A stretch of 63,854 nt of DNA, counting the filler, from Chiloscyllium plagiosum (taxonomy: Eukaryota), in NCBI RefSeq assembly GCF_004010195.1. It is 4 parts of one record of this genome, joined end to end, with 100 filler letters (N's around TTAATTAATTAA, not from the genome) between each part and the next. Parts side by side here need not be neighbours in the genome. Positions count along the whole stretch, not along the records: positions 1 to 22,323 come from NC_057711.1; positions 22,424 to 35,437 come from NC_057711.1; 2 more parts are not named here. One strand, given 5' to 3'. The notes under the pieces were generated by a model. The model had not been told where the DNA came from. It saw nothing but the letters and a program-made list of their open reading frames with translations, and did no database searches. The position numbers and the translations under genes were made by a program. Of the stretch, positions 12,479 through 23,674 are shown one piece after another (positions within the stretch are counted from its first letter, which is position 1; every line of letters begins with the position of its first letter).

Positions 12479-14053
12479 CATGCATAATTAGGTTAGCACT
12501 GCACAGATTATTTCCACATATCTCCCCATGTGACAGTAATAACTCTTTCAGATCATTTTGATTTTTCTCTGGAAGGTAACTCCATAATTATCCTAATTTT
12601 TGACAGCCTTCTCATTGTCCAAGTTAATTTGAGGAATGCCTGATTCAGAATCCTCTGAACTTGGTTCTCCCGTCTGTGTTGTAGTTATTAGCATCTCCTC
12701 CTGTTGCTTGTTTTGAAAGGCTCACCCATCACTGGAAATAACACTAACACCTTTTATCCGATCGCAAAATTTCGAGTTTTTGATTTCTTGTTTGCTTCCT
12801 GTTTCATTGTATGCTGCGATACTTTTAAATGCTGCCTAGCCAACTCCCCAGCTCCATTTAATTGTTCTTAAAATTAGACACATAGTCCAAATGAATTCAG
12901 ACTTACCAATTTCTCCTTTATCATTTTTAATGGTTCCCTTACTTCATGCCAAAAACTAATTCAAATGGACTGAATTTGGGTCAATTCATTTGGTGCATCT
13001 CTGATGACAGAAAGTACAAATGGAATTTCCTTATCCCAATCAGCTGGACAGTCTTCACTATAAGCCCTCAACATGATCTTTGATGTCTGATGATACCTTT
13101 CCAGCACTCCCCACGACTCTGGATGGAATACTCCAGATTTGAATTGTTTTATTCCTGAGCTGTCCATCACTTCCTAGAATAATTTCAATGTGAAGTTTTG
13201 GCCTTTGATCTGGTTGTATTTCTGTGGGTAGTCTGTATCTAGTGAAAGGTTTGAGTAATTCCTCTACAACCCTTTTAGCTATGATATTGTGTAATGGAAC
13301 GGTCTCTGGAAATCTAGTCAATACATCCATTATTATTAACAAACACTGATTCACACTTTTTGTTTTAGGTAGGGGTCCTACGCAATCAATTAAGACTCTT
13401 GTAAAAGGTTCCTCAAATGCAGGAATAGGTATTAAAGGTGCAGGTTTTATTACTGCCTACGGTTTTCCGATTACCTGAAATGAATGACATGTCTGGTAAA
13501 ATTCAATTACACCCTTGTGCAGTCCAGGCCAGTGAAAATGTTTTTGTATTTTAGCTTGAGTTTTTCTCACTCCTAAGTAACCCCCTACTGGTAGTTCATG
13601 CACCACATGCAACACTTCCATTCTATAACCCACTGGCAAAACAACTTGATGAATTTCTGCCCATTTCTCATCTGTCTGAATATGTGATGGTCTCCATTTA
13701 CTCATTGATACATCATTTTAAAGATAGTAGCATTCAAGGATACATTTGGATTCTTTGCCCATGTATGCCTTTTGATACAAATGCTTTAAATTTTCAACTT
13801 TCTGTTGTAACTCAGTTAATTTATCTGAGCTGAAGATGTCTGCTGTGTCATCTACCTGCTCATGGTTTGTATCAACCATCTGATCAAACAGGGTCTCTGC
13901 TAATTCCATTTCAACTTTCTTAACTGTACTCTTTGATCTCTCCTGTTTCAACTGGTGACTTTGTGACCTTGTTACCACACATCAAGAAAATTCTCAGGAT
14001 CTGTGTCCTGCAATAGTTCAGTTGCCTGAGTTTCCACTGGCTTTTCAACAACC

Positions 14054-14145
14054 TTTCCTGAAGAAGGGCTCATGCTCGAAACGTTGATTCTCCTGCTCCT
14101 TGGATGCTGCCTGACCTGCTGCGCTTTTCCAGCACCACATTTTCT
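14054..14145 (+). mobile_element. Short Penelope pLTR-derived insert with hammerhead motif
   Basis: ctgaagaagggctcatgctcgaaacgttga; flanking ttttcaac duplicated (14042-14049 and 14146-14153). Confidence 0.8.
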
Positions 14146-15980
14146 TTTTCAACCACAGTAGGCAGCACTCCTTCCTGTGAACTAGCTATATCATTAGCAA
14201 GGGCAAATTGTAATCCTGGAATTGAGAGTTTTTTCCAGGACTCCTACCAGGACTTCTCCACTCTTCACTGAACACTCTAACCTCACTTTACATAATTGAG
14301 CACTTCTTGTCTCACCGTGAATTCCCATTATTAGTACCTTTTCTGGCAATGGTCCTTCTGAAGTACATATATCCTCATCTTTCAACATCACAGATTGAGA
14401 GGATCCTGTATGTCTTAATATTGTAACCTCTTCACTTGCTGCTCCTCTTTATCTTTGCAGGTGTAGGATTTAAGAAGATCTGGCACATCCTCTTAACCAA
14501 CCTCTGACCAGGTTGTATATTCTGGTGCAGCTTTCTAGTCTCCACTGTGCTTTCTGTTACCCCACTCCAACAAAATTCACTGGTTTATCCTGTTTTCCGT
14601 CATCTGGCTTCCCAGTGCTTTTCCTAATCGACCAGCACTGTGATTTCATGTGGCCTACCTTATTGCAGTGAAAACACCACAGCTTTTTAACTTCTCTGTC
14701 CCCTTCAAGGGTTTCCTTTTTACCCTGTGGTAAATTATCCTTATGATCTTCACTAAGTCCTATCTTTCCCTTTCCACGTGAAGATTTCTCTTTGCTCCAG
14801 TTTCTATCCCTCATGAGTTGAAATTGATTCTGGAAGCCAATATTTGCCTTATGGACAAGCTCATAATCATGAGCCATTCCAGCTGCTAACCTTGCTGTTT
14901 TAACCCACTGCTCTCCCACATGAGTTCTCACTACTTCAGGAAGTGAATTTTTGAACTCCTCCAAAATAATCGTCTCTCTAAAAGCGTCATTGGTTTGCTC
15001 TATTTTTAATGCCCTTATCCACCTGTCAAAATTACTTTGTTTCAAACTCAGTGTAGGTTTGACTCGGATCCCTCCTTAGATACCTGAAATATTGTCCGTA
15101 GGCTTCTGGGATAAGCTCATATGCAGTTAAGATGGCTTTCACCTCCTCATGCACCCCAGATACCTCCCTCTGATAATGATGCAAATGCCTCACTAGCTCC
15201 ACCTACAAGTTTTGTTTGGATCAACAAAACCCACATGGTCATTGGCCACTGCATTTGTTTAGCCATTTTTTTTTCAAATGAGATGAAAAAGGGTTTCACA
15301 TCCTTCTCATCAAATTTGGGGAATGCTTGAATATATTTAAGCAGTTCCTCACCAGACCTTCGGGTACGGTGGGTTTGTCCATCCTCACTCTCTTCCTCAC
15401 TCAGCTTACCTTCAGCCTTCATCTCCATCCTTTAAGCTGACTGTCCTGTCTAAGCACCAATTTCTGAAGTTCAAACTCCCTCTCTTTCTTCCTTTCCTCT
15501 CTCTTTCTCTATTTTATCTTTTTGTTCTGCTAAAGTGATTTGTTCTTTTTCTCTCTCCTCTGCTTTTAATCATAATTCATACTGTTTCGTTTCTGTTGCC
15601 CTTTCCTTTTCATTTGCTTCTAACTCAAGTTGTTTCATTCGCAGTTTAATTTTTAGCCATCTCTAAAAACTCTGGTGGCGTTTCCAGCAAATTTAATTGC
15701 TGAGCTATTGCTGTAATTATCTCTCCTTTCCTCACGGAAGGAGGAAGCTCAAACCCCAGCTTATCTGTTCATTCTAGCAGCTTGGCCTTAATCACCTTTT
15801 GTTAAACCCCAAAGTCACTTCTTCTACACCCAGGAAGCTTTTGGTGACTGAAAGAGCCATTGCTATCCCAAGCACCATTTAAACCAACCGAAATCAACAC
15901 CTGGAATAAAAGACACTAACACCTACCACTCGCCGCTTTCAAGTCCAGCAAGTCTAATACCCAATTTGGAACTAGAGAAC

Positions 15981-15999
15981 AAATCCTGATGAACCCCAA
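15981..15999 (-). promoter_or_regulatory. Degenerate primer-binding site, tRNA-Pro-like
   Basis: - strand ttggggttcatcaggattt just after the 5' LTR resembles the tRNA-Pro PBS TGGGGGCTCGTCCGGGAT. Confidence 0.6.
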
Positions 16000-16153
16000 T
16001 CTGTTATGGAGCAGGCCAGGCCCCCTCAAAACATTTCAAAAGAGTAGCCCAGACCCTAACTTTGTTAGTTGGTTTAAGCAGGTGTAATGTGAATATTCCA
16101 GGAGGGAGACATCTGGCCCAACCACTTAGTGTTATACAAAACAACTTATTTGC

Positions 16154-18106
16154 GGGGGAGATCCAAGATAGCGGCGACTCAGCAAGTCTGAGTCTATAGT
16201 GCTCCTCCCAAGACCTAGGCAAAGTGGGCCACCCTCCCCCACCACATTCACCAAATCCACTAAAAATAGTTTTTATTTAATGTAATTAGTGGCTTAGTAC
16301 TAGGGGGAAAGGAGCCCCTCCCCCACCCTCCCCAGCTGCAGCAGAGGCGTCCGCAGCCGCCCCAGGGGACTTACCTATGGTGGTGAGCCTCGCGGAAATA
16401 ATCTCCAAACTCAATGCGAAGATCGATGCTTTCAAAGAAGAGTCCCGAAGTCGGTGGAACTCACTCTCGGCCGCTCTACAAAAGCATGCCCGAGACATCG
16501 AAGAAATTGAATGCCGAGTCGGAGGGGCGGAGCTAAAGGCTGCGACCTCCGAGGTCATTGCAGAATCGGCCGTGGATCGGGTCCGGACTCTCGAGCAGCA
16601 AGTCCTGACCTTAGAGAACCACATTGATGACCTTGAGAATCGAGGTCGTCGAAAAAGTATTAGTTTGCTGGGCCTTCCCAAACGGGAAGAAGAAGGCCAG
16701 CTTATAAGGTTCCTTGAACAGTGGCTTCCGCAGTTATTGAATCTGGAGGCTGGATTAGAATAGAATGGGCCTACAGGCTTGCAATACACGGGCCCGGCTC
16801 GAACCAGTGCCCCCTCCCGGCCCTGTTCCGGCTGCAGAGCTATAAGGTGAGGCAGATGCTTTTGGAAGCCTCCAGAAATCTTGGGAAAGATCCACAAGCC
16901 ATGACTCATAAACATTCCAAGATTATGTTATTTCAGGACTTTTCCCCAGCTTTGGTTCGAAAGAGGAAGGCGTTTGATGAAGCAAAGAAGTGTTTAAGGG
17001 ATTTAAACATTCAATACTCCTTGCGCTATCCAGCCATACTACGCTTTAGCCATGAAGGGTCCGTGTATAACTTCGAATCACTGGAGAAGGCCAAGGAACT
17101 TTTGGACTCTCTTAGACAAACTATAAGAGTTAATTGATATTGTTTTGCCCTATCCCCACCCCGGTCTCCCCCCCCCCCCCTCTTTTTTTCCTTTCATTAT
17201 CTTACTGTTTAATATTATCTCGGGGGGGGGGGTGGGAAGAAGGGCTTATTTATTCATCCGTTATTTAGCGATTTCCTTTTCCCCTTTTTTTAATATATAG
17301 GCCAGGGGCTCTAGTTAATGTAAATGGGGGGAAGGTGGCTACCTTATTTTATTTTATCTTTGTCCTTGGGAGCGGGGTTGCTTTCCCCTGTTATTTTGTA
17401 TAAATATAATTATTATTTGCTGTGACTGTAATGTTATAGTCATATATGTTCATATATGGTATTAACATTACCAAATATATCCAGGTGTTGGTGTGGGTGG
17501 AGGGGGATGGGGGATAGGGTACTCACTGTTAGTTCTAGTTCAGTAGTATACTTTAATTTTCTTTGTCCTATCGTGGGGTGCCTGGGTCAAGGGTGGAGCA
17601 CTGGTTGGGAGAGGTTATGATGGGTTTTTTGAAAAGGAAGTGATGCCCCCTGGGAATAAGGGGGAAGATCTCCACTTAAATATGTTTTATACTTTTTTTT
17701 ACTATTTAGAAATGTTTTTTTTATTATATTGATCTGAATGTACTAAAGAGCTTTTATTTTTGTGAATTTTATATGCTCTATGCTCGGGATGTTTTGGATA
17801 AATACGGGTTTTGTTGTGATCTGATGTTAACACATTCCGAGCATATATATCACTGCTCAATTTATGTGTAATCCATTGGATTTCTTTTCTCTTGAATAAT
17901 GTAAGAATTTTAATGATACATTCTGGTTAACTGTAAGTGAGATGAGTAGTTGGTTGAGTTTTGTCTTTGTTTTTCTCTTGGTATTTCTGTTTTCTTGTTT
18001 GATAGATTTTGGTTATCATTTATTTAACATTTAACTGTATATCAAAGTTTATACTTGGGTCTTTTTTTTAGTTTTCTTTTGTAAACTTGTGGAAAAAAAT
18101 AGAAAA
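16154..18106 (+). mobile_element. L1-derived element with ORF1 only (HAL1-like), 16-bp TSD, A-rich tail
   Basis: TSD aaaacaacttatttgc at 16138-16153 and 18107-18122; starts gggggagatccaagatagcggcg (L1-type 5' end with YY1-like motif); no ORF2 motifs seen. Confidence 0.85.
16377..17137 (+). pseudogene. L1 ORF1p (coiled coil-RRM-CTD), one frameshift near 16755
   Basis: LENHIDDLENRGRRKSISLLGLP; IRIEWAYR; IMLFQDFSPALVRKRKAFDEAKK...YSLRYPAILRF. Confidence 0.9.
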
Positions 18107-18441
18107 AAAACAACTTATTTGCAAGATTATCGAATGAAACACAAACAAAAGAGAGCAGGATATAAAATAGTTTAACCTATCTGAAAACCCAATAGACTAT
18201 CCTAACTTAATGATGCTGTTCCGACTACTTGCAACAATCCTAATAAACATCCCTTCACACAAAGAAAACGAAAAATCAAAAAATAGTGTCTTACAGGAGA
18301 GATGTCAGAGAGAGAGAGGGTCAGCATGGACCTGCTTCTCTGCGTCCATCAGCTTCACAACTGCCTGCCTGCTAAAACCAAACCAAATCAGAGAAAAGTT
18401 GAGCTGCGAGAACTGGCCACTCCCTTTTCATTGCGCAAGTG

Positions 18442-19911
18442 GATTCTGGGTAATCCAAGATGGAGGATGAGAACAATTTCTGGCTGTAGCAGCCGCTCCT
18501 TCTTTGAGGTATTTTAGGTGTTGGAGGTGATTTCCTTGCATTCCAGAAGCAGCAAATACTGTTTTATAGGCTGTTGCTTTGTTTTGGAACCTTGGAGAGA
18601 AAGAAAGTCAAAACAATGGCACTTTTAAAAGGGAGAAGGTCAGACAAAGGCAGCACATGGTCAGTGAAGGAGAGAGAGAGAGAGAGAAAGAGACCCACAC
18701 TGCTAACTGACGCAGCAGTGATCCTGCACAGTTACTACCTTTGCATGTATCTTCGGATATCGGAGTGTGTCTAGGAATATTTAACAAACAGTGGAATTCA
18801 CAACTGATCTTGGAGGAAACTGTTTGGGAGAGGTCACAGCACAGAAACAGATAAATGCATAATTTTAAGTGTAGGCTTTCTGTAAATCTGTAATAGAGAG
18901 TAGAGTGAGTTCTTTTTTGATTACATGTTTTATTGAGATCTGTCTCTTGATTAAATTTTAAAAGTATAAGCCATAATTATTAGGTTAGCCTGGAGCAGTG
19001 TTTTGTAGAGCAATAAGACGGTGCTATTTTCTGAATCTGTAGATTGTGAAGGAGCAAAATGGCCGTTGGTAGAGTACTATGGTCTTATTGTTGGATGTGG
19101 GAGTTTTGGGAGAGTTTATGTGTTACTGAGGATTACGTCTGCACTAAATGTTGTTGGTTGTGAATCCTATCAGATCAAATGGATTAGTTGAAGCGACAGT
19201 TAGAGGCAATGAAGAATTTACAAGACCAAGGGGGTGTGATGGATGACAGTTATAAGGAGGGAGAAAAGCCGCAGATACAGTCACAGAGATGCGTTAACTC
19301 CAGGAAAGGTAGGAGAGGTAGGCTATCCCCATTTCAAACAAAATGCTGTTTTGGAAAATGTAGGGGATGATGGAATCTCAGGGGAATGCAGTATGAACTG
19401 CTAGGTTTCTGGTATAGAGACTGACTCTAATGTAACGAGGAGTACGTTGGATTCTAAGCGATCAATTGTGTTAGGGAGCACTCTAGTCAGGGGCACAAAC
19501 AGACGATCTGCGGCCAGCAGCGAAAAATCAGAATGATGTGTTGCCTCCCTAGTTAGGAACATGGGACTGGGATATCATAGCAATTATAGAAACGTGTCTC
19601 GGGGATGGACAGGACTAGCAGCTTTATGTTCCAGGATTCAAATGCTACAGGGAGGACAGAAAGGGAGGCAAGACAGGAGAGGGAGTGGCGTTTTTGATAA
19701 GGGATAGCATTACCGCCATACTTAAGGAGGATATTCCTGGAAATACATCCAGGGAGGTTATTTGGGTGAAACTAAGAACTAAGAAAGGGATGATCACCTT
19801 ATTGGGATTGTATTATAGATCCCCGAATAGTCAGTGAGAAATTGAGACACAAATTTGCAAGCAGATTTAAGTGATCTGTAAGAATAATAGGGTGGTTATG
19901 GTAGAGGATTT
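18442..19911 (+). mobile_element. CR1 5' region (5'UTR, decayed ORF1, internally deleted APE)
   Basis: Homologous to 35538-36940(-); KRQLEAMKNLQ; APE-coding ggagagggagtggcg and gggtggttatggtagaggattt. Confidence 0.8.
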
Positions 19912-20849
19912 CTGCTCATGAAATAGTTCCAGATTGCAATAAGCAGTCTTCTCATCCTCACAACCACATCAACAGTGCATTTCGAGACAAACAAGCAAGG
20001 GTGATGTTGAACAAAAAAAGATTGGCGCTTCAGTTTGTCTGTCCTTAAGACTTTTGGACATTTACCAATGTGGTTACTGTTCAGTATTAGCTGGTGAAGT
20101 GAAACGAAACTTACGAAGATCNNNNNNNNNNNNNNNNNNNNNNNNNNNNNNNNNNNNNNNNNNNNNNNNNNNNNNNNNNNNNNNNNNNNNNNNNNNNNNN
20201 NNNNNNNNNNNNNNNNNNNNNNNNNNNNNNNNNNNNNNNNNNNNNNNNNNNNNNNNNNNNNNNNNNNNNNNNNNNNNNNNNNNNNNNNNNNNNNNNNNNN
20301 NNNNNNNNNNNNNNNNNNNNNNNNNNNNNNNNNNNNNNNNNNNNNNNNNNNNNNNNNNNNNNNNNNNNNNNNNNNNNNNNNNNNNNNNNNNNNNNNNNNN
20401 NNNNNNNNNNNNNNNNNNNNNNNNNNNNNNNNNNNNNNNNNNNNNNNNNNNNNNNNNNNNNNNNNNNNNNNNNNNNNNNNNNNNNNNNNNNNNNNNNNNN
20501 NNNNNNNNNNNNNNNNNNNNNNNNNNNNNNNNNNNNNNNNNNNNNNNNNNNNNNNNNNNNNNNNNNNNNNNNNNNNNNNNNNNNNNNNNNNNNNNNNNNN
20601 NNNNNNNNNNNNNNNNNNNNNATGTGTCCTCTTGTCTTCAACAAGTCAGCCAGGAAAAGATTCTCATGATCTACTCTGTTGGCGCCTCTCAGAATTTTGG
20701 TAGGACAATTGAATGAGATGAGACAATGGTTACAATTTTCAAGGGAATGTAGAAACAGAGAGGGACCGTGAGTGCAATTCCAGAATCTTCAAGAGGTGCC
20801 AGGACAAACAAATCGAGAAGTTAAAATATGTGCGTGTGTTAAAGTATGT

Positions 20850-21635
20850 ATGTACAAATTTGACTGAAGAAAGTACAAAAGCAAGAAAGCTGAGGAAGAG
20901 GGTGTTTCATAAACATCCCCATCCTCAACGATGCCAAAGACCAACAGATTAGTGCAAAAGAAAAGGCTGAACCAGTCGCAACAATCGTCAGACAGGACTG
21001 TCTCCTCCAGTGGAGACCAGGCATCGACCGATTTGATTCACTCCAGGTGATGTCAAGAAACAGCTGGAGGAACTGGAAAAGGCTACAGGCCCTGGCAGAC
21101 TTCCAGCAATGGTGCTGAAGACATGTGCTCCAGAACTCGCCACATGTGGAGGCATCGCTCATACAAAGGAAGATGGCCGTAGTTGTTGGAGGTCAGTCAT
21201 CTCAGCTCCAGGACATCTCTGCAGGAGTTCCTCAGGGTAACGCCCTCGACCTAAACATCTACAGCTGCTTTATCAGTGATCTTCCCTCCATCAAAAGGTC
21301 TGAACAGGGGATGTTTGCTGATGATTGCACAATGTTTAGCACCATTCGTTACACCTCAGACACTGAAACAGTCCATATTCAAAATCAACAAGGTCTGGAC
21401 AATATCCAGGCTTGGTCTGACTATCGGCAAGTAACAGTCGTGCCACACAAATGCCAGATAATGACTACCTCCAATCAGAAACAATCGAGCTACTGCTCCT
21501 TGACATTTGATTGCAATGTCACCGCTGAATCCCCCACTGTCAACATTCGGGGGGTTACCATTGACCGGAACCTCAACCAAAAACATAATGGCTACAACAG
21601 TAGGTCAGAGGTTAGGAATACTGCAGCTAGTAACA
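20850..21635 (+). mobile_element. Second CR1-clade LINE family, RT fragment
   Basis: VVVGGQSSQLQDISAGVPQG...FISDLP...MFADDCT in ORF 21125..21655. Confidence 0.8.
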
Positions 21636-21749
21636 GAGAGCATAGAACAATATAGCGCAGAACAGGCCCTTCGGCCCTCGATGTTGTGCCGACCTGTGAA
21701 CTATTCTCAGCTCATCCCCCTACACTATCCCATCATCATCCATGTACTT

Positions 21750-22323
21750 AGAGTCACAGAGTCAGAGATGTACAGCATGGAAACAGACCCTTCGGTCCAA
21801 CCCGTCCATGCTGACCAGATATCCCAACCCAACCTAGTCCCACCTGCCAGCACCAGCCCATATCCCTCCAAAACTTTCCTATTCATATACCCATCCAAAT
21901 GCCTCTTAAATGTTACAATTGTACCAGCCTCCACCACTTCGTCTGGCAGCTCATTCCATACACATACCACCCTCTGTGTGAAAATGTTGCCCCTTAGGTC
22001 TCTTTTATATCTTTCCTCTCTCACCCTAAACCCATGCCCTCTAGTTCTGGACTCACCGACCCCAGAGAAAAGACTTTTTCTATTTATCCCATCCATGCTC
22101 CTCATATTTTTGGAAATCTATATAAGGTCAACCCTCAGCTTCTGACGTTCCAGGGAAAACAGGCCCAGCCTGTTCAGCCTCTCCCTGTAGCTCAGATCCT
22201 CCAACCCTGGCAACATCCTTGTAAATCTTTTCTGAACCCTTTCAAGTTTCACAACATCTTTCCAATAGGAAGGAGACCAGAATTGCATGCAATATTCCAA
22301 CAGTGGCCTAACCAATGTCCTGT
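21750..22323 (-). mobile_element. CR1 LINE 3' portion, ends at a gap
   Basis: LVRPLLEYCMQFWSP...LERVQKRFTRM; RTRGHGFRV...FTQRVVCVWNELP. Confidence 0.92.
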
Positions 22324-22423
22324 NNNNNNNNNNNNNNNNNNNNNNNNNNNNNNNNNNNNNNNNNNNNTTAATTAATTAANNNNNNNNNNNNNNNNNNNNN
22401 NNNNNNNNNNNNNNNNNNNNNNN
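22324..22423. other. Scaffold gap with artificial TTAATTAATTAA linker (also 35438-35537 and 60009-60108)
   Basis: 44 N + ttaattaattaa + 44 N, the same layout at three sites. Confidence 0.9.
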
Positions 22424-22740
22424 GGGGTGGGGGCGGAGAGGTCAGGAAGAAGATTGCAGGTTAGGAAGGCGGTGCTGAGCACCGCCCCCACCCCCACTCC
22501 GGCCTATCACCCTCGCCTTGACCTCCTTCCACCTATCGCATTTCCAACGCCCCTCCCCCAAGTCCCTCCTCCCTACCTTTTATCTTAGCCTGCTTGGCAC
22601 ACTTTCCTCATTCCTGAAGAAGGGCTTATGCCCGAAACGTCGATTCTCCTGCTCCTTAGATGCTGCCTGACCTGCTGCTCTTTTCCAGCAACACATTTTC
22701 AGCTCTGATCTCCCGCATCTGCAGTCCTCACTTTCTCCTC
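22424..22740 (+). mobile_element. Penelope pLTR with short inverted 5' piece and hammerhead motif
   Basis: Matches the pLTR at 60467-60750; ends with the common tail atctgcagtcctcactttctcc. Confidence 0.85.
22611..22645 (+). ncRNA. Minimal type I hammerhead ribozyme motif (Penelope-associated)
   Basis: CUGAAGA-A-GGGC(UUAU)GCCC-GAAA-C-GUC with palindromic ACGU in place of stem III. Confidence 0.7.
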
Positions 22741-22818
22741 CAGAGAGACTAGGGCCCTCTCAGAGGAAGGAGTCACTCACAGAGAGACTAGGGCCCTCTC
22801 AGAGGAAGGAGTCACTCA
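22741..22818 (+). repeat. Tandem duplication, 2 x 39 bp
   Basis: cagagagactagggccctctcagaggaaggagtcactca occurs twice in a row. Confidence 0.95.
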
Positions 22819-23114
22819 TCTAAGACAGAGATAAGGAAGAATATCTTCTCCCAGAGGTTGGTGAATCTGTGGAATTCTTAACCAAGGAGAGCTGCCGAGG
22901 TTGGGTTATTGTGTGTATTCAAGCTGAGGTAGATTATCAATCAGTAAGGGAATTGAGGGTTATGGGGAAAAGGCCGGAGAATGGAGCTCAGGATGATCAG
23001 ATCATCCTTGATCTCACTGAATGGACTCGATGGGCTGAGTGGCCCATTTCTGCTGCTACTGCTGCTGCTGTGGTCTTTGGATTTAATGCAAGCTGGAATG
23101 AATGATGGAGGAGT

Positions 23115-23223
23115 AGATGAGAGTGGTGCTGGAAAAGCACAGCAGGTCAGGAAGCATCCGAGGAGGAGGAAAATCAACGTTTCGGGCAAAAGCCCTTCAT
23201 CAGATGCAGTCCTCATTTTCGCC
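23115..23223 (-). mobile_element. Short Penelope pLTR insert with hammerhead motif and TSD
   Basis: TSD tgaa(t/c)gatggaggagt at 23099-23114 and 23224-23239; - strand ctgatgaagggcttttgcccgaaacgttga. Confidence 0.85.
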
Positions 23224-23674
23224 TGAACGATGGAGGAGTCTGTCCACACTTGGCCTCAAAGCCATAGGGGAATGAACTATCTCGGCCTCAGTCCGAGGGC
23301 CCGTCCTGTTCAACAGATGGGCTGGTACTGATAGGCAGCTACAGGGAGGTGGAGTGATAGTCTCCCACAGTGCCCTGCCCCTTCACCTTCCCCCTGTCAG
23401 TGACACCCCCCTCCCCCACCCCGGCCTCCAGCAGATGTCAATCAGACCACGGTGTTCACCACTTCATGGGATCAGCTCACAAAACAGTCAAAGCGGATTA
23501 TCCAATTGGGCAGCGTTTAAAGGGGCACACGCACTAAAGACAAACAGATCATTCTTTCCAGCAATCGGCCCAAATGTCAATTTTGTTGAGATTCATTTGT
23601 GGGGGAGGCTGTTTCTCTCCACAAAGACCTTGTGAGTTTTCTCACACACTATCATTCCAAACATACTTCATTAA

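Larger units (their letters stand above)
11040..15860 (-). pseudogene. Gypsy gag-pol pseudogene with many stops and frameshifts
   Basis: ATG at 15860; SCAN-like ETIILEEFKNSLPEVVRTHV; zinc knuckle CFHCNKVGHMKSQC; protease LRHTGSSQS (14392-14418); integrase H2C2 and core (about 12900-13700); RT YMDD (11902-11913); RNase H RPIEYFSRKL...YTDHNPL (11190-11462). Confidence 0.9.
10276..18441 (-). mobile_element. Ty3/Gypsy LTR retrotransposon, Gmr1-like (gag/SCAN-PR-IN-RT-RH), decayed, with nested insertions
   Basis: Two homologous LTRs (10276-10950; 16002-16153 plus 18107-18441), PBS, PPT and ordered domain remnants on the - strand. Confidence 0.9.
16002..18441 (-). repeat. 5' LTR of the Gypsy element, split by an L1 derivative and truncated by a CR1
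   Basis: 16002-16153 and 18107-18441 match consecutive parts of LTR 10276-10790 (accctaactttg; ttatttgcaagatta; aaaacccaatagactatcc; gagaactggccactcccttt). Confidence 0.85.

Noticed and set aside
16286..16915. 209-aa minus-strand ORF
   Set aside because: Antisense shadow of L1 ORF1 with no independent motif.
20054..20716. Long ORFs made mostly of X (also 24348-25346 and 55067-55697)
   Set aside because: Artefacts of translating N-gaps.
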